Source of the DNA: the human T2T-CHM13v2.0 reference genome, Homo sapiens
Strand: one strand, 5' to 3'
Assembly (NCBI RefSeq): GCF_009914755.1
Contig: NC_060933.1
DNA: 64,000 bases
The notes beneath the pieces are model-generated. The model did not search any database, had not been told where the DNA came from, and saw only the letters and a list, made by a program, of their open reading frames with translations. The position numbers and the translations under genes were made by a program. This document shows positions 34,360 through 47,719 of this stretch, piece after piece; position 1 is the stretch's first letter, and the number at the start of each line of letters is the position of its first letter.

Positions 34360-34750
34360 TTATCCTGGAAAATAAAAATTATACAGTGGCATCAAACAAT
34401 CCTAAAATCTCAGTGGCTTCAAACAGCAAGAATTTATTTCTTATTCATGTTCCATATCTATTTAGCTCAGAAGGAAACTTTGGAGTCTATCAAAGCTCAT
34501 GCTGACAGAGCAGCCATAATCTCAAAATTGCTGGTTGTTGGCCTAGGGATAGGGAGCGTCCTGGAGCTCGTTGCATGGTCATATAAGCTTTCCCATAGGG
34601 AAGTGATATCACTTCTCTCACGACTCAATGGCCATAATTAGTTACATGGCTCCATCCAATCACAAGAGAACCAAGAAGTGCAAACCCATTATGTGCTTGG
34701 AAAGTGGGAGCTGGGAATCTTTGATGAACAGCACTAATAACTACTACAGA
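34360..34750 (-). mobile_element. Old ERVL/MaLR LTR (LTR33-like)
   Basis: aaacaatcctaaaatctcagtggctt...gaacagcactaataactactaca. Confidence 0.5.
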
Positions 34751-34850
34751 ATGTGAGGGGAGTAAAAGGTAGAAATGAACAGAATATTTTTAGAAATTTT
34801 AATCAGCTTTATTGGGTATAAACACATTTAAAAAACCATAAAATTCATGT

Positions 34851-36342
34851 TTTTTTTTTTTTTTTTTTTTTGGAATGAGAAAACATTTATTCCATCTCCA
34901 AACAGCATCCCAGGGCGGGGCATCTCCCCTAAGGCTTTATAATACATTCAGCACAGACAGAGTCTGGGAGCCATGGGGCACCCCTGCCCTCCTCACGCTT
35001 CTTAAGTAACAACTGCATAATATTTACATAAAGCTGGGTGTTGTCAGGCAAAGCTCTTCCCTGCTGCCAGGAGTGGGAGCAAGGAGGAAGTGTTGTGGGC
35101 ACCGGCCCCACCCCCACACCATGGGAGGCAGCCCAGAGACCACTGGCACAGGGTGGTGGCCCCCAGATCATACAGCAGTGGGGATAGGGGGAGCAAACCT
35201 GAGTGAGGACGCAGGAGCCTGGTCCCGCCCCACTGCACAGGGCAGGTGTGAGGGCTCCCCCGAGTCTTTGGCAGAGAACGCAGATAACAGCGACTCCCAC
35301 AGCCTGACCTGGGCTGGGGGGAAGCTGAGGCACTTGTCAGTAGCACATGGGTGCCTGCTGGCTTCTAGCCACTCCAGGAGGGGCCGGGGTCATTAAAAGC
35401 AAGGAGAAACACTAGCTAAAAACCCTTTCCTAAAAGTGTCATGGAAGAGTGAGTGGCTGACTGAAGCCATCTGTGTGCGGGCACTTGGGGTGTGGCTCTG
35501 CCAGACCCCGAGGCTGGGAGGCTCCTTAGCTGTGTGTCAATCGCACAGGACGTGACAGGCGAAGGAGGGGGGCTGGCAGTTCCAGGAGGCTCGTGGGAAA
35601 GTCCAGGGCAGAGGGGAGGGTCCTCTCTGCCCCCCTTCCCACCCCAAACGGCACTCAGCCACTCAGTACACAGGGGGCGGCTGGTAGCCCTCAGTGGTCT
35701 CCGCATTCTGGGTGAAGGGCAGATGCTGGTAGTTGTCCACAGATGCACCTGGGTAGGAGGCGTAGGCAGTGTTGGGGTCCAGGGTGGAGTCGACGTAGTT
35801 CTGGATGAAGTCCACGCCAGCCTTGTAGTGCCGGTAGGCCAGGAAGGCCAGCACGCCCCAGGAGAAGATGGAAAAGAAGCTGAAGGTGATGGCTGCCTGC
35901 GCGGAGTTGGCCCCCACCAGCACGTCCTCCGGTTGGGTGGCCGCCCACTGGTTAGTGAGGAAGTAGAAACCAACAAACCACAGGAAGGCTCAGAGAGCTG
36001 AGAAGAGCAGGTCACCCACGACCAGGTACTTGCGGTCAGTGGCATTAATGATCTGGGGAAAATAAACGTCGACCACCAAGGAGGCCGAGGCCTGGAAGGC
36101 CAGCACCCTGATGGCATTGCGGTAGCGGAAGGCGTCCTCGTTATGGTTGAAAACGCAGTACCTCTGCTTAGACTTGCTGTAGCCCTTGTCATAGATGCAG
36201 GAGAACACGATCAAGGCGAAGACCCTGCACGCAGCGCTCACCACCACCTGCGGTTGCGTCAGGAAGCGCCCGCAGGTGGAAGGAGCCGCCCGCCTTTGGC
36301 AGCGCCATAGGCCCCGCTCTCCATGTTGCCGTCGCCGCAGCC
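34851..36342 (-). pseudogene. SYNGR2P: Processed pseudogene of synaptogyrin-2 (CDS remnant 36324 to 35663)
   Basis: Minus-strand peptides MESGAYGAAK, VFALIVFSCIY, ATDRKYLVVGDLLFSAL, AAITFSFFSIFSWGVLA and ETTEGYQPPPVY* match SYNGR2. Intronless, with full 3'UTR, AATAAA and poly(A) (T run 34850-34871). TSD aaattcatgt at 34841-34850 and 36343-36352. Two +1 frameshifts near the start, a premature TGA at 35990-35992 and small in-frame deletions. Confidence 0.96.
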
Positions 36343-36999
36343 AAATTCATGTGTTTTAAATGTACAGTTTGATGAGTTTTGACAAATGCATGTAGTCATG
36401 TAACCACCACCACAATCAAGGTATAGAATATGTTCATCACCCACCATAATTGCCTTCTGTCACATAACATTTGACCCTGTTTTCACACCTCCACTCTTTG
36501 GCAACCACTGATCTGATTTCTGTCACCACAGTTTTGCCTTTTCTGGAATGTCATAAAAATAGAATCATATGGTATGTAGTCTCCTGAGTCTGGCTTCTTG
36601 CACTGCGCTTAACGGTTTTGAGATTTATTTGTTTGTGCAAAAATCATATTCTTTTTTGTTGTTGTTTACTAGTATTCCATTTTGTGGATAACCAAGATTT
36701 GTTTGTTCATTAAGCCTATTGGACATTTGGGGTGCTTCTAGTTTGGAGCTACTATGAATAAAGTCCATTGTGAACCTTTATATTCTTTTGTATGAACATC
36801 TGTATGCATTTAAGTCAGGTCAATACCTAATAGTGAAATTGCTGGGTGATGTAGTAAGTTTGTGTTTAAATATATGAGAAATGACTAATCTGTTTTCTGA
36901 AGTGGCTTTGCATTTCCACCAGCCATGTCTGAGAACTCCAATTGCACCATATTCCTGCCTATGTTGTTATTGTCAGCCTTTTAAATTTTAGTCATTATA

Positions 37000-37298
37000 G
37001 GCTTGGCGCGGTGGCTCACGGCTGTAATCTCAGCGCTTTGGGAAGCCGAGGCGGGCAGATCAGGAGGTCAGGAGATTGAGACCATCCTGGCTAACAAGGT
37101 GAAACCCTGTCTCTACTAAAAATACAAAAAATTAGCCGGGCATGGTGGCAGGCGCCTGTAGTCCCAGCTACTCAGGAGGCTGAGGCAGGAGAATGGCTTG
37201 AACCTGGGAGGCGGAGCTTGCAGTGAGCCAAGATCGGCCACTGCACTCCAGCCTGGGTGACAGAGAGAGACTCCATCTCAAAAAAAAAAAAAAAAAAA
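37000..37298 (+). mobile_element. AluY/AluSc-like element
   Basis: Full sense Alu. TSD aaatttt?agtcattata on both flanks. Confidence 0.96.
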
Positions 37299-37717
37299 TT
37301 TAGTCATTATAATGAATATGTAATGGTATTTCATTATGGTTTTAGTTTGTATTTCTTTAATAACTAAAGAAATTGAGTGTCTTTTCACTTGCTATTTGTA
37401 TAGCCTTTGTGATGTGTATGTTCAAATCTTCTGTACATTAAAAAAATTGAACTAGTTTCTTCTTGTTATTGAATAATAAGAGTCCTGCATACTTCTGGAT
37501 ACAGATTCTTCATCAGATATATGTTTTGTAAAGATTTCATGCCTGTTTGTGGTATGCCTTTCCATGTTTTTAACAGAGTCTTTTCAGAAGCAAACATTTA
37601 AAAGTTCAACTTATCCATTTTTTTAATAAAGTTTATGCTTTTTGTGTCCTACCAAAAATCTTTGCCTAGCCCCAGATCACAAAATCTCCCTCTGTAGTTT
37701 ATTCAAGAATATTTATA

Positions 37718-38147
<430 letters not shown>

Positions 38148-38249
38148 TGAAAAACTCTACTTTTCCCATTGAATTACCTTAGAACATTTGTCCCTCCAAA
38201 AAATCAATTGTATAAGTCTATTTCTGGAGTTTCTATTCTGTTCTGTGAA

Positions 38250-38420
38250 TAGTTAGATAGATAGATAAGTAGGTAGACAGATAGGTAGGTAGGTAGGTAG
38301 GTAGATAGACACTGATTGACAGATATGTATGTATTCTGTTCTGTGAAAACTCTATTCTGGTCTGTGAAGATGTACAGATATAGATAGATATATAAATATT
38401 TAGACATATACATATGTCTA
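38250..38420. repeat. Compound (GATA)/(GGTA)/(TA) microsatellite region
   Basis: tagatagatagata...ggtaggtaggtaggtaggtag...agatatagatagata. Confidence 0.85.
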
Positions 38421-39095
38421 TCCTTATGGCAATACCACATTGTCTTGGTTACTGAAGCTTTATAGTAAGCCTTAAGCCAGGTAATATATCTCCAACTTTG
38501 TTCTTTTTCAAAATTGTTTTGCTTATTCTGTTTTTTGTGTTTCCATATAAGATTTAGATCCAGCTTAATATCCCTACCAAAAATTCTACTGCTGTTATTA
38601 TTGTGATTGGAGAGAATCTGTTGATCACTTTAGGGAAAATTGGCATCTTAATAATACTGAGTCTTCTGATTCCTGAACATAGTATATCTCCCCTTTTCCT
38701 TAGGTCTCTTAACTTAGTAATTTTTTGTGATTTTAAATTTATTGGTATAAAGGTATTCATAATATTCCCTTATTATAATTTTAAGGTAATTAGCATCTGT
38801 AGTGATGTCTCCTTTTTCATCTGTAATACTGAAAAATTGTGCTCTCTTTTTGATCAGTCTGGCTAGATATTTATTTCATTGATTTTTTCAAAGAATCAAC
38901 TTTTGGTATACAGGTCTTAACATATTTTATTACATTTAACTTTAAGTATTTCATGTTTTTGTGCTATAGTTAATGCTATTTTTTTAGAAATTTCAATTTC
39001 TAATTGCTCATTGATCTTATATTGAAATAATATTGATTTTCATATACTGACCTTGTGAAACTCATACGTTTTGGTGCATTTAAAAAATTTTTCTT

Positions 39096-41060
39096 AAACT
39101 ATCCCTGTTTGTGGACAACATGATTCTATATCTAGAAAACCCCATAGTCTCAGCCCGTAAGCTCCTGCAGCTGATAAACAACTTCAGCAAAGTTTCAGGA
39201 TACAAAATCAATGTACAAAAGTCATAACCTTTCTATACATTCACAACAGTCAAGCTGAGAGCCAAATCTGGAACACAATCCCATTCACAATTGCCACAAA
39301 AAGAATAAAATACCTAGGATTACAGCTAATCAGGAAGGTGAAAGACCTCTACAATGAGAATTACAAAGTGCTGCTCAATGAAGTCAGGGATATCACAAAG
39401 AAATGGAAAAACACCCTATGCTCATGGATAGGAACAATCAATATCATTAAAATGGCCACATTGCCCAAAGCAATTTATAGATTCAGTGCTATTCCTATCA
39501 AATCATCAGTGACATTCTTCACAGTACTAGAAAACAAAAACATTTAAAAATTCATATGGAACCAAACAAGAAACCTGAATAGCCAAGGCAATCCTAAGCA
39601 AAAATAACAAAGTTGGGCACATCATGTTACCTGATTTCAAACTTACTACAGGGCTACAGTAAGCAAAACGGCATGGTACTGGTACAAAAACAGTCACACA
39701 GACCAATGGAACTGAGAGCCCAGAACTAATGCTGCACACCTATGACCATCTGATCTTCAACAAAACTGATAAAAGCAAGCAATGGGGAAAAAAATCTCCC
39801 TATTCAATAAATGGTGCTGGGGTAACTGGCTAGCCATATGCAGAAGATTGAAACTGGACCCATTTCTTAACTATATACAAAAATCAACTCAAGGTGGATT
39901 AAAGACTTAAATATAAAACCAAAATGATAAAAACCCTGGAAGACAACCTAGACAATATTATCCTGGACATAGGAATGGGCAAAGATTTTATGATGAAAAT
40001 GCCAAAAGCAGTTGCAACTAAAGCAAAAATTGACGAATGGGATCTAATTAAACTTAAGAGCTTCTGCACAGCAAAAGTAACTATTAATAGAGTAAACAGA
40101 CAATGTACAGAATGGGAGAAAATATTTGCAAACTATGCATCTCACAAAGGTCTAATACCCAGCATCTGTAAGGACCTTAAATAAATTTACAAGAAAAAAA
40201 CAAACAACCCCATTAAAAAGTGGGCAAAGGACATGAACAGATACTTTTCTAAAGAAGATATACATATAGCCAACAAGCATGTGAAAAAAAGCTCAATATC
40301 ACTGATCATTAGAGAAATGCAAATCAAGACCACAGTGAGATACCATCTATCACCAGTCAGAATGCTATTATTAAAAAGTAAAAAAAAAAAAATAGATGTT
40401 GGTGAGGCTGTGGAGAAAAGGGAACACTTTTACACCGTTGGCAGGAGTAAATTAATTCAACCATTATGGAAAGCAGTGTGGCTATTCCTCAAAGAACTAA
40501 AAACAGAACTACCATTCAACCCAACAATCCCATTAATGGGTATATACCCAGAGGAATATAAATCAGTCTACCATAAAGACATATGCACATGAATGTTCAT
40601 TGCAGCCCTGTTCACAATAGCAAAGACATAAAATCAACCTAAATGCTCATCAATGACAGATCGAATAAAGAAAATGTGGTACGTACACATCATGGAATAC
40701 CATGCAGCCATATAAAAGAGCAAGATCATGTCTTTTGTGGGAACATGGATGGAGTTGGAGGCCATTATCGTTAGCAAACTGAGACAGGAATAGAATCCAA
40801 ATACCGCGTGTTCTCCCACTTATAAGTGGGAACTAAATGATGAGACCTCATGAACACACAGAAGGGAACAACAGACTCTGGGGTGTACTTGAGGGTGGAG
40901 GGTGGGAGGAAGAAGAGGAATAGAAAAAATAACTGCTAGGTATGTAGGCTTAGTATCCGGGTGATGAAATAATCTGTACAACAAACCCCTGTGACACAAG
41001 TTTACTTATGTAACAAACATGCACACGTACCCTCAAACCTAAAATAAAAGTTAAAAAAAA
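39096..41060 (+). mobile_element. 5'-truncated L1 (L1PA15/16-like)
   Basis: ORF2 fragments ([22 protein letters not shown]) and an older-type 3'UTR ending cctaaaataaaagttaaaaaaa. Inserted antisense to the host L1. Confidence 0.92.
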
Positions 41061-44000
41061 TTTCCTATTATTAATTTTAATTATATTTATATTTTTATAA
41101 TTATTTAACATTAATTTTATAATGCAATATATGATGTTTTGCTCATATATGACAATTATAAATTGTAATTTATAACATAAAATCATACTTTATATTAAGT
41201 AATGTATTTTCTTAATTTTTAAGATTCTTTAGGAGCATCAAGATATTTGCAAATAATGACAGTTTTATTCTTTCCTTCCAAGTTGTATGCCTTTTTTTCT
41301 TTTTCTTGTTTTATGGCATTAAGACCTCCTATACCAAATTGAATTAAAATGGTAAAAGCAGACATCTTTACCTTTCTCCTGTCTTGGGTGCAAAGCTTTC
41401 AGTTTTTGCCACTAGATGTAATATTAGCTATAGGTGTTTTGTAGATGTCCTTTTTCAGGTTGAGGAAGTTCCCTTCTATTCCTAGTTAGCTGACAGTTTT
41501 TACCATGAAGGGTGTTGAGTTTTGTCAAATACTTTCTCTGTATATCTTAAGGTAATCACATGAGTTTTGAAATCTATTAACCTGGTAAACTACGCTGGTT
41601 GATTGTCAAACATCAAACAAACCTTGCATTCCTGGAATAAACCTCATTTGGTAATGAACTATTATTTTTTCTTTTTTTGATTTAGTTTGCTGATATTTTG
41701 TTAGGGAATGATCATGAGGAATATTAAACTGTAGTTTTCTTTTCTAGTCATATTGCAGTCTAGTTTTGATAACAGGGTGATGCTAGCCTGATAAAATGAG
41801 TTGAGAAGTGTGCCTTCTATTTTTTGGAATAGTTAGTGTAGGGTTGGTGAAATTTTTAATGAAAATATTAGGTAGAATTTACCAGCAAAGCAATTTGGGG
41901 CTAAAGTTTTCTTTGTATGAAGGTTTTTAAACTATAAATTTAATACCTTTAATTAATATTGGGCTACTGAAATTATTCTTTTTTTCTTGAGTGAGCTTTA
42001 GTAGTTGTGTGTTTCAAATGATTTGTACATTTCATCTAAGATATTGAATTTATTGGCATAAAATTATTCATGATATTCCTTTAATATAATTGTAAGGTTG
42101 TTGGCATCTGTAGTGATGTCCCCTTTCTCATCTACGATATTGAACAATTGTGGTTTCTCTCTTTTTGATTAGTCTGGCTAGATGTTTATTTCACTGATAT
42201 TTTCAAGGAATCAACTTTTGCTTTAGTTCAATTTTTCTATTATTTTTCTGTCTTCTAGTTCATTTGGTTTTTTCCCTTTATTATTTTTTAACCTTCTTTC
42301 TTCAGGTTTAATTTGCTCTTCTTTCTCTAGTTTCTTTAAGTAGAGGCTTAAATAATTGATGTTAACCTTGTTTTCTATTCTAATATCAATAGTTCATGCT
42401 AAAATTTTCCTTTAACAGGGTTTTAACTGTATTGCATACATTTTGGTAGGTTGTGTCTGTTAATATTCAGTTCAGAATATTTGCTAGTTTCCCTTGTGAT
42501 TTCTTCTTTGAACCACAGGTTAGTAAAAGGGTGTTGTTTTATTTCCAGATAATTTTAAAGCTATCATTCTTTCATTGATTTCTAGTTTAGTGCTTTGTAG
42601 TCAGAGAATCTGCATTGTATGGTATCAGTCTTTAAAAAAATTTTAAGCCTGTGTCATGGCCCAGGAAATGTTATTTCCTGATGAATGTTCCATCTGATTT
42701 GAAAATAATACATATTCTCCTGTCATTGAGTAGAATAGTCTATGAATGTCAATTAGGTCAAGTTGTTAACAGTGTTCTCCTATAGCCTTTTTGATATTTT
42801 GCTTGTTTTATTACTTAATTATGAAAATATCCAACAGAATTGTGGATTTGTTTATTTTTCTTTCAGGTCTGTCAGTTTCTTGTTCACATCGTTTAAGGCT
42901 CTAACTGTAGGTGCATAGTCATTAATATTACTAAGTGTTTATGTTGATTAGATCCCTTTATCATTATAAAATGTTCCTTCCTATCCCCAGAATTATCTTT
43001 GTCGGAAATGTACTTTCATATTAATATAGCCTCTCCAAATTTCTTTTCATTAGTGTTTATATGGTTAACCTTTGGCAAATTTTTGCCTTTAACTTATTTG
43101 TATATTTATACTTAAAGTAGTTTTTATGTAGATATCTATGATTGGATATTACTTTTTTATGGGGTGTAAAATCTCTGATTTGCAACTGAAGTTTTAAAAT
43201 CATTTACATTTGATTATATGATTGCATCGAAATCTACCATCTTGTTATTTGTGTTCTCTTTGAATATGTTCCTTATTTCTTCCCTCTTTTCCAGCCTTCT
43301 CTTGGCAGCACATTTTTGTTTAGTATTTTTATGATTCCACTTTATTTCCACTATTGCATTATTAAACATAACATTTTGTTTTATGTTTTTAGGTTTGTTC
43401 TAGGGTTTACGATAAAATATTTATCTTGTCACATTTTACCTTCAAATATCATACAACTTCCTGCATATAGCAAGAGCCTCACAAATGGCAGTGAATTATC
43501 TCAGCTTTTGTTTTTCTGAAACTTTCTTTATTTTGTTTTCATTTTGGAAAGATATTTTCACTGGTTATAGAATCTCAGTTGACAGTGTTTTACTTTCTTT
43601 TAAATATGTTGCTACAGCGTTTCCTGGCTTGCAAAACATATGAGGAAATATCTGAGGTCATTCTTATCTTTGATCCTTGGTACATACAGAGTCTTTTTTT
43701 TTCTAAAGCAGCTTTTTGGATTTTTTTCTTTATCATTTGTTTTCAGCAATTTGATTCTGGTGTGCCTCAGGGTAGTTTTCTTTATTCTGTTTGCTATCCA
43801 CTGATTTTATTAAAATTATAGTTTTTAGTTTTCATAGTTTGGAAATATTTTGACTAAAGTTTCTTTCAATATTTTTTCTTCCTTTTCCATTCCTCTTCTT
43901 TTTGGAATCCAATTATATATATATATATTCATCTTTTTTATATTTTCCAGGGCTCACTGATGCTCTGTGCATTTTTTTCCTGGTACTTTTTTCTTCTCTG

Positions 44001-44139
44001 TACTCTCTGTGCTCCAAAAAACTTGCTTGCATTCAAGTTCACTGATTTTATTTTCTTCTGCAATGTCTATAATCCGTTAATTTTATCTAATATAGTTTTC
44101 AATGTGATTTTTTATTTGATCTTATTTATAGTTGTTTCA

Positions 44140-44543
<404 letters not shown>

Positions 44544-45501
44544 TGATTATATTATCTCTACCATTTATGGGTCTATTTTTAGTAAATAATTTTTCTCACA
44601 GGTCCCATTTTTGGGCTTCCTTATATGTCTAGTAATTTTGATTGGATGCTGGACATGGTAAATTTTATATTGTTAAGGCTGAATGTTGTATTCCTTTAAA
44701 AATGTTGAATATTTTCTTGCTGATAGGTTATTGGCAGTTTGGCTTGAACTTTTTGAGGTTGTTTTAAGATCCACTCTTTCAGAGTGGGTCTAGAAGAGCC
44801 TTCTTCTGGAAATAATTTTTTTCATCCCATTTCTGAGGTGCATCTGAGTGGTACTAAATGTACTCAGCAGTGTCTCTCCAGTTTGGTTGTAAAAAACACT
44901 AATAATTTATGTGTGAGTCTGGGGATTGTTCATCTAACAGCTCCCCAGTAATTGTTTCTTCCTCCAGAGTTGTTCTTTCCCAGCTCCATGGGCTCTCATC
45001 ATATACTTCTGCAGATAAATATTTTATCAAAATGTGAGGAAACATCTATGTGAATTTATAGAGTTTATTCTCTGTGTATATCTGTCCTCTTGGGTACTCT
45101 GTTCAACAAATTCTAGTTGCCTGAAATATAATCTCTGTCTCCTTAATTTCTGAAGATTGCCAAACTCTTTCTGTGTCACAGTTCAAGACCTATCCCAGGA
45201 GAGAAAAAACCTAGGCAATGGTAGGGTTCACTTCTTTTATTTCTCTTTTTTCAGGAGTCAAAATTCATTGCTACTTTTGTTTAATGTCTGAATATAGATA
45301 TTTCCTAAATTTCATTCATCTTTCTAGTTGTTTGTGACGAAAGGTTAATTGCAGACTCTTAGTGCCTCGTGGCTGGAAGAAAAAATGAGCAGGATATTCT
45401 AATAACTAGTAAAAACTCCTAACCTAAGAAGTTTAGCTACTGCAATTATGTACTAATCTATGTCTCACCTTCCTGGAATTCAAGCATTATAAGGGACATA
45501 A

Positions 45502-45814
<313 letters not shown>

Positions 45815-45849
45815 ACATATTCTTTTAAACTATAAACTCACAATTGGCT

Positions 45850-46450
45850 TTCTATACCATCAAGTACATTTAAGAACTTTCTTTTGCATTAAAAACATTC
45901 CAGATTAGAGAGAAAAAAAATTATTTATAGAATCCCTTATTCTCTGGGCTTTTATCTTTTTTTCTATATTTTTAAAACTACTTTTTTACAGTCTTAAGGG
46001 ATACGCATGATTATTTCTCAGCTTTCCCGTCCTTCATCCTGATACTCTTCACATTGATAGTACTCAGAATTCTATCATTCTACTTCACGATAATTTTTTC
46101 CTTGTTCTTAAGAATTAGGTCCAAGTTAGTCTTTGCCCTCACTTCTTCCACAGCACACTTTGAAAGAAAGTGATCATCAGGGCAGAATTTACCAGTGCTC
46201 TGTTTTTAGAAGAATGGGACATTGAGCAGACATCTATCTGCTCGTGAGAAGCTCCCCATCCTTTTTATATCTTGTCTCTAGTCCAATTTTGTCATCTGCA
46301 TGAGGGAAGCATTTTTGAGGCAGTTTGTAAAATATATTCTCTTATAACATTCACCCTATTTGTCTCTTTATTTAATTTCATCCAAATGGCTTCTGAATTC
46401 ATTTTACTGATGTTTACTGATGGAATAGACATATGTAAATAGCTTTAGTA
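45850..46450 (-). mobile_element. Probable L3/CR1 remnant
   Basis: Highly diverged. aagaattaggtccaa...tttgccctcacttcttccac resembles antisense CR1 endonuclease sequence. Confidence 0.3.
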
Positions 46451-47487
46451 TAGAATAAAGCTCTTTCTAGATAGTAATGTGTCATCATTGAAGACATAGT
46501 TGAATAATGATTATCTGTTATTTTCCTCAGAACCCTTGCCTTTTATTATATTACGTGGCAAGAGTAAGGCAGCAAAATATAGACAACAGTGCCAACAGCC
46601 ATCACCCCGTTGATTAGGAGGAAAAAGTCTCAGGCTTTACGAAAGATGGTTTGTTAATGTAAATGGAGGAAAACAGGAGTGGAAGCAGTTGTTTTTGGGC
46701 ATCTGGTAAATATAAACAGGGCCCATGCTTCTATTGTTGATTAGAATTTTGAAAGTCTTAATGATTTGAAAGCTGCATTAGATTTTCCATGACCGTAATT
46801 TTATATCAGACACATATTGACTCCTTCTGGGGATGTATATAAAGTTTATAGAAAAGGAATGTGTACATCTGTATTAAAAAGTATCTGGTTGTGTGTGTCC
46901 TATATATCAAATGTGAAAGGACCAAATGCTGACAGGCAGATTGGAAGACTGGGGTACAGAAAGCAGTCAGAGCAGAAAACTAAAGTGGGTACAAAAATAC
47001 GGAGTTTTTTTTTTTTTAAAAAGCACATAAGACCAGCAACCTTTACACCTCTTGCCACACACACATAATCAATACTGATATTTAAGCATCCTAGGTGCTA
47101 ATTTGGATATTTTAAAAGCCAAACAGGGCCTTTAGTCTGTCTTTCGATTTTTTTTGCTCAAACTCAGAAATATGTTCAATATATGGAAAGCTCTCCATGT
47201 GTTTGAGCAAAGTAGTGAAATTAGTAGCTTTCGCCATTCCTATATCATTAAGGACATGTTCATGATTGATTTTAATTACTGAGTGTGAGGTTTTTTTCTT
47301 AGATAAGAGATCATTTTTTTCCCTAATGCTTAATGAACTGAAATTCATTTCTCCCTCTTCAAGGAACGTGAACATTATCTCCATGATACTATATAACAGA
47401 TGTGAGATTATTATTTGATATTCTGTAACTCAGTGGCTATATTCAAATGATTTGGTAGCATTTCCCAGACCATTGTGCATATGTAAA

Positions 47488-47510
47488 ACACACACACACA
47501 CACACACACA
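47488..47510. repeat. (CA)n microsatellite
   Basis: About 11 CA units. Confidence 0.95.
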
Positions 47511-47719
47511 GAGAAGAACACCATGGCTTATTAGAGACTAGACTAGCTATATACTTGAAATAAGAATGAATTTTATAAACATCATCCTAGTGTTCAAAAA
47601 GTATTGACATATTATCTTGGGAAATGCTTATGATAAATGATACATTTTAAAAGCAGGACACTAAATTGTATTCCTCAATATGATTAAAACTGTGTAAACC
47701 AAACTCAAAAGCATATGGA

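Noticed and set aside
47112-47384. 90-aa minus-strand ORF in unique AT-rich DNA
   Set aside because: No recognisable domain or exon signals, and the length is compatible with chance.
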